NCBI GenBank assembly: GCA_046758845.1
Contig: JBHIBA010000002.1
Span: forward strand, 1-55,739
Length of the DNA: 55,739 nucleotides
Source of the DNA: Nitrospinota bacterium
GTDB lineage: Bacteria; UBA8248; JACPRG01; G963555815
Direction of reading: 5' to 3'
The position numbers and the translations under genes were made by a program. Of the stretch, positions 20,630-28,100 are shown in pieces (the first letter of the stretch is position 1; every line of letters begins with the position of its first letter). Under the pieces are notes generated by a model, which was not told the origin of the DNA, made no database searches, and saw only the letters and a list, made by a program, of their open reading frames with translations.

Positions 20630-22225
20630 ATGAACCGGGGAGCACGGTTGGCGCGTTCGGCGGGCGTCGTCAGCGGGGCCACGCTGGTGAGCCGCGTCTT
20701 CGGATTCATCCGGGACATGATCGTCGCCAACGCGTTCGGAGCCAGCATGAGCGCGGACGCGTTCTACGTGGCGTTCGGCATTCCAAATCTTCTTCGGAAT
20801 TTCTTTGCCGAAGGGGCCCTGTCGGCGGCTTTTATCCCCGTCTTTACGCGGGAACGCACCAACCGGGGGGACGAGGCCGCCCGGCGCCTGAGCGGAGCCC
20901 TGATGGTTTCCCTCGCCCTGATCTTAGCCGTCGTCACCCTCCTGGGCGTCCTGGCCGCTCCTTATGTGGTGCGCATCCTTGTTCCGGGATTCACCGGCAA
21001 CCCCTCCAAGTATGCGCTCACCGTCACCTTGACCCGGATCATGTTCCCGTTCATCTTCTTCATCGGGCTGGCCGCCATCTCAGCGGGCATCCTCAACATC
21101 GTGGGGCACTTCTTGACGCCCGCCCTGACGCCGGTTTTTTTCAATCTGTCGATGATCGCTTGCGCCCTCTGGCTGGCCCCCTCATTGGACAAGCCTGTGG
21201 CCGGGCTGGCGTGGGGAGTGGTCATCGGTGGGGCGGCCCAATGGGTCGTCCAGTTGAAACCCCTTCACACGAGGAGGCAGATCCCCCGTTGGCGCTGGGA
21301 GCCGTTGCACCCAGGATCGCGCCGGGTCGCGGGCCTGATGGTCCCCGCCCTTTTCGGTTTTTCCATCGCCCAGATCAGCACCCTGGTGGACCGGTTTCTG
21401 GCGTCCTTCCTGGCCGAGGGGAGCATTTCCTTCCTGTACTATGCAAACCGTCTTCTCCAGTTTCCCCTGGGGGTCTTCGGCATCGCCCTGAGCATCGCCT
21501 TCTTCCCGGCCCTCGCCTCTCACGCCGCCCGGAAAGAGGAGGGCGCCCTGGTGGAGACCCTGGGAGAGGGGCTGCGTCTGATCCTGTTCGTCTGTCTTCC
21601 ATCGGCGGTGGGCCTGGCCATTTTGGCTTCCCCCATCATTCAGGTCCTGTTCGAGCGCGGGGCCTTCACGGCAACGGACACGGCCATGACGGCCCGGGCG
21701 GTCATCGCCTACGCCGCCGGTCTGGTCGCATACGCCGGGGTGAAGATCATCGTCTCGGCCTTCTATTCGCTTCAGGACACGCGCACTCCGGTGAGAATCG
21801 CCGCCTGGGTTCTCATGGCGAACGTGGCGCTGAATCTCCTGTTGATGATCCCGCTGAAACATGCCGGTCTGGCGCTGGCCAGCGCACTGTGCGCCTACCT
21901 GAACGTCGGGTTGTTGCTGCGGTCCCTTCGCCGCCGGCTGGGGCCTTTGAGAGGGCGCGCGATCCTCGGATCGCTCCTTCGGATTTTGCCGCCCACCGGC
22001 GTCCTGGCGGCGGTGGTCTACGGGGTGAATCGGATGATCTATGTGCCGTCCGGTTCCCTGGCCGGGCGGGCCGGTGCGTTGGCCGCCTGTCTTGTCGCGG
22101 GCGCTTCTGTCTACCTCCTGACGGCGAGAGCGATGGGCTGTCCGGAGCTTTCCATCCTGCGCGAGAGCCTTCGCGGGCGGGAGGTGAAGGAACCTCTCCC
22201 GTCGCTGGATTTGAACCCGCCGTGA
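20630..22225 (+). CDS. murJ: Lipid II flippase MurJ (MviN)
   Basis: N-terminus SAGVVSGATLVSRVFGFIRDMIVANAFGA, with about 14 predicted TM helices. The start is ATG 20630, or ATG 20615 as an alternative. Confidence 0.9.
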   Translation: MNRGARLARSAGVVSGATLVSRVFGFIRDMIVANAFGASMSADAFYVAFGIPNLLRNFFAEGALSAAFIPVFTRERTNRGDEAARRLSGALMVSLALILAVVTLLGVLAAPYVVRILVPGFTGNPSKYALTVTLTRIMFPFIFFIGLAAISAGILNIVGHFLTPALTPVFFNLSMIACALWLAPSLDKPVAGLAWGVVIGGAAQWVVQLKPLHTRRQIPRWRWEPLHPGSRRVAGLMVPALFGFSIAQISTLVDRFLASFLAEGSISFLYYANRLLQFPLGVFGIALSIAFFPALASHAARKEEGALVETLGEGLRLILFVCLPSAVGLAILASPIIQVLFERGAFTATDTAMTARAVIAYAAGLVAYAGVKIIVSAFYSLQDTRTPVRIAAWVLMANVALNLLLMIPLKHAGLALASALCAYLNVGLLLRSLRRRLGPLRGRAILGSLLRILPPTGVLAAVVYGVNRMIYVPSGSLAGRAGALAACLVAGASVYLLTARAMGCPELSILRESLRGREVKEPLPSLDLNPP

Positions 22226-22250
22226 GCGGGGTCCCGCCGATGAGGGGTCG

Positions 22251-23174
22251 ATGAACGATTCGGATCTCCTGCGGTCCTATCTAGATTACCTGGCGGCTGA
22301 GCTCCGGCTTTCGGAGAACACCCTTCTGGCGTATCGGAGGGACGTGGAGGGTTTTTTGCGGCTCCATCGGGAGAGGACCGATTCGCCGCTCCCCTCGCTC
22401 ACCCGGGCGGACTTGCTGGAGTTCCTGGAGGACCTTCGCTCCCGCGGGGCGTCTGCGCGGACCCTGCGCCGCAAGCTCTCCGCCCTCCGGGGCTTTTGCC
22501 GCTTCTTGACGGTAGAGGGCCACTTGGCGGAAGACCCGTCGGTGGATGTCCACACGCCCGGCGCCGGGCGACCCCTGCCCAAATTCCTCGCTCTCTCCGA
22601 GGTGGACCGGTTGCTGGCCCAGGCGGACCCGTCAACCGTCCCGGGCTGTAGAGATGCGGCCATGCTGGAAACGTTGTACGCAACCGGCCTTCGAGTGTCC
22701 GAGCTCTTGGGCCTCACCCTGCCCAGGGTGAACCTGGAGGTAGGTTTTCTGAGCACGTTGGGCAAAGGGAAGAAGGAGCGCATCGTTCCGTTGGGCGAGG
22801 AGGCGAAGGAAAAGGTCGAACGCTATGTGGCCTGGGCGAGGGAGGAGCTTCTGCAAAGGCGCCGGCGGCTGCGCGGGCGAGAGACCGCTGGGGAGGAGAT
22901 GACGCTTTTCCTCAACCGGAAGGGGTTTCCCATGTCCCGCGTCGGATTCTGGAAAATCCTGAAGGGGTACGCCTTGAAGGCGAACATTCAGCACGCAGTG
23001 AGCCCGCACACGCTGCGCCATTCCTTTGCGACTCACCTGCTGACGCGGGGCGCCGATCTCCGCTCGGTCCAAATGATGCTGGGTCACGCGGACATTTCGA
23101 CCACGCAGATTTACACCCATGTCACGCAGGAGAGACTTAAAGTAATGTTGAAAGAATATCATCCAAGGGGTTGA
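22251..23174 (+). CDS. xerD: Site-specific tyrosine recombinase XerD-like
   Basis: Contains LSENTLLAYRRDVEGF, ATGLRVSEL and HTLRHSFATHLL...LGHADISTTQIYTHV (the R-H-R-Y catalytic set). Confidence 0.75.
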   Translation: MNDSDLLRSYLDYLAAELRLSENTLLAYRRDVEGFLRLHRERTDSPLPSLTRADLLEFLEDLRSRGASARTLRRKLSALRGFCRFLTVEGHLAEDPSVDVHTPGAGRPLPKFLALSEVDRLLAQADPSTVPGCRDAAMLETLYATGLRVSELLGLTLPRVNLEVGFLSTLGKGKKERIVPLGEEAKEKVERYVAWAREELLQRRRRLRGRETAGEEMTLFLNRKGFPMSRVGFWKILKGYALKANIQHAVSPHTLRHSFATHLLTRGADLRSVQMMLGHADISTTQIYTHVTQERLKVMLKEYHPRG

Positions 23175-23305
23175 ATTTCACGCTGTTATCTAATAAGTAG
23201 CGGACTGGGGCATTTCCAGAAAGATTTCCTGTTTGCGAGGGTAGAGTCTGTCTGATATGGTGGATTTCGCCGTTGGCTTGAAAGGGCGGACGGGAGAGAT
23301 ATATT

Positions 23306-24334
23306 TTGGAGGAATCGATCGTCCGAAAGATTCGGCTGGTTGACCCGGACAGAGCGAGGGACCTTTTCGGAATACACGACGAGCACCTGAGGCGATTGGA
23401 AGCCATGTTCGGGGTCCAACTTGCCGTCGAGGACGGGGAACTCGAAGTCCTGGGCGATCCCGGCCCCGTCGCCTCTGTCGAGCGGCTGTTGACCGGCCTT
23501 CAGGCGGTCCTGGCCGAAGGATATGAGTTGTCCTCTCAGGACCTGCAAGTCATCGCCCGCGCCCACCAGCAAGACGCCCGGATCGACCTCAAGGAGCTTT
23601 TCGCCTGGCACATCCGCACCGGGGGCAAACGCCGCTACGTCGTGCCCAAAAGTGTGGGTCAGCGCAAGTACGTCGAGGCCATGCGCCGGCGCGACGTTGT
23701 GGTGAGCATCGGCCCGGCGGGCACGGGGAAGACCTACCTGGCCGTGGCCCTCGCAGTGGAAGGACTCCTGCAAAAGTCCTACAGCCGGGTCGTCCTGACG
23801 CGGCCGGCGGTGGAGGCGGGGGAACGTCTGGGGTATCTGCCGGGAGATATTGCCGAGAAGATCCATCCCTTCTTGCGGCCCCTTTATGACGCCCTGAACG
23901 AATTGATGGATAGCGAAAAGGTCCAGCACCTGATCGAGCGGGGGAATATCGAAATCGCCCCGCTGGCCTACATGCGGGGGCGGACCCTCAACGACTCCTT
24001 CATCATCATGGACGAGGCCCAGAACTCCACCCCCGAGCAGATGAAGATGTTCCTGACGCGGTTGGGATTCGGGTCCAAATCCGTCATCACGGGGGACATC
24101 ACCCAGGTGGACCTTCCCGGCGACAGGGGTTCTGGACTCATCCAGATCCAGGAAGTCCTGGAGGACATCAAGGACATTGAATTCATTTACTTCACCGAAA
24201 AGGACGTTGTCCGTCATCCCCTGGTGCAGGAGGTCATTAAGGCCTATGAGCGTTACGGCCAGCGAAGGGTTCGCGATGGCCGGCGGCGAAAGGGCCTGAA
24301 GGAGCGCGGAGAAGATGACCAAAGCCAACGGTGA
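23306..24334 (+). CDS. phoH: PhoH-like ATPase (PhoH/YbeZ family)
   Basis: Walker A is GPAGTGKTYLAVA, and DEAQN is present. The TTG start at 23306 is preceded by a GGGAGAG Shine-Dalgarno. Confidence 0.9.
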   Translation: MEESIVRKIRLVDPDRARDLFGIHDEHLRRLEAMFGVQLAVEDGELEVLGDPGPVASVERLLTGLQAVLAEGYELSSQDLQVIARAHQQDARIDLKELFAWHIRTGGKRRYVVPKSVGQRKYVEAMRRRDVVVSIGPAGTGKTYLAVALAVEGLLQKSYSRVVLTRPAVEAGERLGYLPGDIAEKIHPFLRPLYDALNELMDSEKVQHLIERGNIEIAPLAYMRGRTLNDSFIIMDEAQNSTPEQMKMFLTRLGFGSKSVITGDITQVDLPGDRGSGLIQIQEVLEDIKDIEFIYFTEKDVVRHPLVQEVIKAYERYGQRRVRDGRRRKGLKERGEDDQSQR

Positions 24335-26810
24335 GGGGCGCAAAAGGTCTTCCTCGTTCCGAAAGGGCGATCCGAGGCGGAGCGCCCGGCTGACTCAATG
24401 GGCCGTCGCCCTCGGTCTGCTCATCTGCTTGACTTTCCTGATGATCCCCCGCGGAACGCTCCCCTCCAAGCAACTGGACGTGGGCGACATCGTCCCCAGA
24501 GACATCAAGGCGACCCGCGACATTCTCGTGGAAGACATCGATTCCACCGCCCAGATCAAGAAAGCGGCCGGGGAGGTCGTCAAGGAGGTCTTCGACCTCG
24601 ACCCCAAGCTCCCCGACACCATCACCCGCAGAGTCCGCTCGGCGTTCGAAAACGTCCGCAAGGGTTACGAGACCTACGCCGCCGATGTGATCGCTCAACG
24701 GGAGGTGAAGGCGGAAGACTCGGCAGGAAAGGGCGACGAGACGAATCCCACCGCCTCGGCAAAGGTCGAGGTGGGTCCGGCGGAGCTGGCCGCCCAGTTC
24801 GAAAGGACTCAGGCCTTCAAAACGCTGGAGTCCGAATTTTTCGAGACGCTGAGACTCAAGCCTTCTCCTGATCTCGTGCGCTTCCTTCGAGCCAAGCGGT
24901 ATGACCCGACGCTGGCCGAGGGCGTGGGCTTTTTGTTGCGCGCGGCGCTGGAACCGGGAACCGTGAGCAACAAAAAACTTCTGGAGGCCCACACGGGCAA
25001 GGGGATCTCCATCCAGGTGGTGGGCGAGAAGGGACTCCAGGAAGTCAGCGACATTCATCGGTTCCGGGACCTCAAAGAGGCCGCCCAGGGCCTTGCCGCT
25101 TTGGCCCGGCAGTCGGAGATCGGTTCCAACCGCCGAGAGCGGCGGCACATCGTGCTCTTGGCGAGCCGCCTCCTCGAACCCAACCTCACTGTAAACAGAC
25201 AGGCCACCGAAAGCCTGCGGGAGAAGGCGCGCCAGGAGGCCAAGCCGGTTTTCTTCCAGATCAAGAAAGGCGAGATGATCGCCCGAGAGGGAGAGCGACT
25301 TATCCCTCAGCAAGTGGTGAAGCTCCGAGGTCTTGCGGCCCAGGAAGAGAAGCGCGGATTCGTCGGGTACATCTTGGGGACCGCTTTGCTCATCGCTATC
25401 GCCCTGACCTTGGCGGCCATCTATCTCCTGCGTTTCAAGGCCAAATTGGTGCAGTCCCCCCGAAGGGTCGTCCTGATGGGGGTGATTCTCCTGGGGACAG
25501 TGATCCTCATCCAGGCGTTCATGCAAGTGGGACTGACGTTCTCCGAGGCGCTGGGCAACGTGGACGCCCTCAGCTATTACTACGCCATCCCGTTCGCCAC
25601 GGGGGCGATGCTGGCCGCCATTCTGCTTGACCTGGAGGTCGCGCTGCTGTTTTCCGCCCTCACGGCTTTTCTTGCGGGCTTCTTGCTGCCTCAAACCTTC
25701 GGTCTTCCCCTTGCGGCCCTGGTGGGGGGACTGGTGGCCAGCTTCCGGGTCCGTTATTACCGCCGGCGTTCCAGCATCCTTATGACGGGACTCCTGGTCG
25801 GAGTGGCCAACGTAGCCGTGGTCGTCGCCCTTCATTTGGTGGAAGGGAGCTTGCTCTCCACCGACGGGTGGTTCGTGGTCCTGATGGGGATCACCGGAGG
25901 GGCGATTGCGGGGATTATCGTCTCGGCCAGCCTGCCTCTTTTGGAATCGATGTTCAGCATCACCTCGGACATCAAGCTCCTGGAGCTGGGAGACATGGAC
26001 CATGCCCTCCTGCGTCAGTTGGTGATGAGGGCCCCGGGGACCTATCACCACAGTGTGGTCGTCGGCAGCCTGGCGGAAGAAGCGGCCGAGCGGATCGGCG
26101 CCAACCCCCTTCTGGTCCGGGTCGCCGCCTATTACCACGACATCGGGAAGATCCGTAAGCCCGAGTACTTCATCGAGAATCTCTCCGTCGCGGAGAACAA
26201 ACACGACCGTCTGGCCCCCCGGATGAGCGCCCTCATCCTCATCTCCCACGTCAAAGACGGAATCGAGATGGCCCGGAACCACAAACTGCCCGAGCAGATC
26301 ATCGACTTCATCCCGCAGCACCATGGCACGAGCCCCATCAGCTATTTCTACAACAAGGCCCTGCAAATGGAGGGTTCCTCCCACAAGACGGTCAATGAGG
26401 ACGACTTCCGCTACCCGGGCCCGAAGCCCCAAAGCCGGGAGACGGGGATTCTCCTGCTCGCGGACGGCGTGGAGGCCGCCTCGCGCACGTTGGTCGATCC
26501 CACCCCAGCGCGAATCCACAATGTGGTGAGAAACATCGTGGCCCGCATCTTCGCCCAGGGACAGCTGGATGACTGCGAACTGACCCTTCGAGACTTGAAC
26601 CTCATCACCCAGGCCTTCGTCCGGATCCTGACGGGGATCTTTCACCAGCGGGTCGTCTATCCCCAAATGGGACGGCAGGGCCAACTTGAGCTCGAGGCCC
26701 ACCTGGATGCCGACAACGGTGGCGAACAAGCAACGGACGGCCAAGATCGACCGGCGCTGGATCGCGAGCCAAGTCCGGAAGTTGTTAAAACTTCTGGGCT
26801 GTCCGGGTGA
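24315..26810 (+). CDS. 7TM-receptor HD-domain membrane phosphohydrolase (PgpH/YqfF family)
   Basis: Has a large N-terminal extracytoplasmic domain, 7 TM helices, and an HD domain (YHHSVVVGSLA ... YYHDIGK ... QHHG). It takes the conserved phoH-HD-ybeY order. Confidence 0.85.
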   Translation: MTKANGEGRKRSSSFRKGDPRRSARLTQWAVALGLLICLTFLMIPRGTLPSKQLDVGDIVPRDIKATRDILVEDIDSTAQIKKAAGEVVKEVFDLDPKLPDTITRRVRSAFENVRKGYETYAADVIAQREVKAEDSAGKGDETNPTASAKVEVGPAELAAQFERTQAFKTLESEFFETLRLKPSPDLVRFLRAKRYDPTLAEGVGFLLRAALEPGTVSNKKLLEAHTGKGISIQVVGEKGLQEVSDIHRFRDLKEAAQGLAALARQSEIGSNRRERRHIVLLASRLLEPNLTVNRQATESLREKARQEAKPVFFQIKKGEMIAREGERLIPQQVVKLRGLAAQEEKRGFVGYILGTALLIAIALTLAAIYLLRFKAKLVQSPRRVVLMGVILLGTVILIQAFMQVGLTFSEALGNVDALSYYYAIPFATGAMLAAILLDLEVALLFSALTAFLAGFLLPQTFGLPLAALVGGLVASFRVRYYRRRSSILMTGLLVGVANVAVVVALHLVEGSLLSTDGWFVVLMGITGGAIAGIIVSASLPLLESMFSITSDIKLLELGDMDHALLRQLVMRAPGTYHHSVVVGSLAEEAAERIGANPLLVRVAAYYHDIGKIRKPEYFIENLSVAENKHDRLAPRMSALILISHVKDGIEMARNHKLPEQIIDFIPQHHGTSPISYFYNKALQMEGSSHKTVNEDDFRYPGPKPQSRETGILLLADGVEAASRTLVDPTPARIHNVVRNIVARIFAQGQLDDCELTLRDLNLITQAFVRILTGIFHQRVVYPQMGRQGQLELEAHLDADNGGEQATDGQDRPALDREPSPEVVKTSGLSG

Positions 26811-27231
26811 GGACCTCAGCGTACTCCTGGTTGATGACGACCTGATGGCTGAGCTCAACGGCCGCTACCGGGCAGAGAGAAGGCCGACCGACGTTTTGGC
26901 CTTTCCGATGCGGGGGGGCGCTTTTCCAGAACATGCGAAGGGCCTTCTCGGCGACGTCGTCATCTCCGTGGAGACCGCCCGGCGTCAAGCCCGGCCCAGA
27001 CGGCCAGCCCGCCCGAACGCGCCCGAGACAATACCGCCGGGGGAAGTCCGGGACGGGGACCCTTTGGGCGATGAAGTCCTCCGCCTCCTCATCCACGGGA
27101 CGCTCCATCTCTTGGGACACGACCATGAGACTCGGCAAGCGGCTCGAACCATGAGGTCAAAGGAGAGACGGTGCCTTCAGGCCCTGGGGACCCCAGGAAA
27201 GGCGGACCTTGACGAAGAGAGAGCGATGTGA
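26707..27231 (+). CDS. ybeY: Endoribonuclease YbeY (rRNA maturation)
   Basis: Contains LNGRYRAERRPTDVLAFP and the zinc motif HGTLHLLGHDHE. The start is placed at ATG 26707 (GTG 26719 is an alternative), inside the 3' end of the preceding gene. Confidence 0.85.
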   Translation: MPTTVANKQRTAKIDRRWIASQVRKLLKLLGCPGEDLSVLLVDDDLMAELNGRYRAERRPTDVLAFPMRGGAFPEHAKGLLGDVVISVETARRQARPRRPARPNAPETIPPGEVRDGDPLGDEVLRLLIHGTLHLLGHDHETRQAARTMRSKERRCLQALGTPGKADLDEERAM

Positions 27232-27722
27232 AGCGTCTATGGGCCCCTTGGCGAATGGCGTACGTGAAGGGGGAGGGTTCGGAGGGCGGATGCTTCTTTT
27301 GCCGGAAGATGGCGGAAGAAGACCGGGACGCCGAAAATTACGTGCTGTGCCGATCGGAGCTGGCCTTCGTCATCATGAACGTCTTCCCCTACAGCAACGG
27401 CCACATCATGGTATCGCCCCGGCGCCACACGGGCGACTTCTTTGACCTGAGCGACCGGGAGATGGTTGAACTCATGCGCCTCACCCGTAGTTGCACCCGC
27501 ATCCTCCAGGAGACCCTGGAGCCGCACGGCTTCAACCTGGGCCTGAATCTGGGGGAGGCGGCGGGGGCGGGAGTCACCGACCATCTGCACGTTCACATCG
27601 TTCCGCGCTGGAAGGGCGATACGAATTTCATGCCGGTCCTGGCCGACGTGAAGGTGATCCCCGATCACTTAAGCAGCACCTACCAGATGTTGAAGCGGTC
27701 TTTCGAAAAGGTCGAAAAGTAG
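27228..27722 (+). CDS. HIT-family nucleotide hydrolase/transferase
   Basis: Has the histidine triad HLHVHIVPRW and a WAPWRMAYV N-terminus. The GTG start overlaps the ybeY stop (GTGA). Confidence 0.85.
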   Translation: MKRLWAPWRMAYVKGEGSEGGCFFCRKMAEEDRDAENYVLCRSELAFVIMNVFPYSNGHIMVSPRRHTGDFFDLSDREMVELMRLTRSCTRILQETLEPHGFNLGLNLGEAAGAGVTDHLHVHIVPRWKGDTNFMPVLADVKVIPDHLSSTYQMLKRSFEKVEK

Positions 27723-27724
27723 AA

Positions 27725-28084
27725 ATGGGCGCCCTGCGCTTCATTCTCGCATTGGCAGTCGTCGTGCTGGCCGTCAGCTTCGGCGTGAAGAACATGACGC
27801 CGGTCAGCGTCCAGTACTACGGCCTGTTGTCGCCCGGGCCTTATCCCCTCTTTTTCCTGCTGTTAAGCGCTTTTGTCCTCGGGGCCCTGGTGGCCTGGCT
27901 ATTCGGGGTTCTGGAGAAGGTCCGCCTTCGGTGGCGACTGCGCCGAGGACAATCCCGTCTGCGTAAGATGGAAGGGCGCGTGCAGGAGATGGAGGAGGAG
28001 AGCCTCGTCCCCGCTCTGGCCGAGGGCAAAGATGTCAAAAAATCCCACCTGGCGGAAGTGGGCCCCGCAAGAATCGAATCCTGA
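27725..28084 (+). CDS. LapA/DUF1049-like small inner-membrane protein
   Basis: 119 aa. Two TM helices (ILALAVVVLAVSF; LFFLLLSAFVLGALVAWLF) are followed by a basic/coiled tail (RLRWRLRRGQSRLRKMEGRVQEMEEE). The ATG at 27725 lies inside ORF 27491..28084. Confidence 0.6.
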   Translation: MGALRFILALAVVVLAVSFGVKNMTPVSVQYYGLLSPGPYPLFFLLLSAFVLGALVAWLFGVLEKVRLRWRLRRGQSRLRKMEGRVQEMEEESLVPALAEGKDVKKSHLAEVGPARIES

Positions 28085-28100
28085 AGCGGGCGAGGGCGGC

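Noticed and set aside
20563-22254. A 563-aa alternative + frame ORF overlapping murJ.
   Set aside because: It is an out-of-frame, Arg/Gly/Pro-rich translation. The 20573/20630 frame gives a textbook MurJ with about 14 TM helices.
22251-23174. A tyrosine recombinase as a possible marker of an integrated mobile element.
   Set aside because: Its sequence features are XerD-like (LSENTLLAYRRDV...). It is flanked by core genes (murJ, phoH), with no direct repeats, no tRNA target and no compositional shift. It is the housekeeping dimer-resolution recombinase.
23278-23305. TTGAAA, a 16-nt spacer, then TATATT; this looks like a good sigma-70 promoter in front of phoH.
   Set aside because: The -10 hexamer abuts the TTG start codon at 23306 and overlaps its GGGAGAG Shine-Dalgarno. 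A transcript from it would therefore lack the start codon. There is no alternative downstream start that keeps the conserved PhoH N-terminus. It is probably coincidental, although a leaderless or alternative start cannot be fully excluded.
24237-26858. An 873-aa ORF antisense to the PgpH-like gene. Similar antisense ORFs occur at 49674..51695 (opposite pnp), 45841..47595 (opposite infB), 11975..13594 (opposite ribD/ribE), 6651..7871 (opposite glyS), 29751..30848 (opposite mutS) and 33380..34696 (opposite the ntrX-like gene).
   Set aside because: The explanation is the same. Stop codons are depleted in the antisense frame of GC3-rich genes. Each of these ORFs mirrors a confidently identified sense gene and has no family signature.
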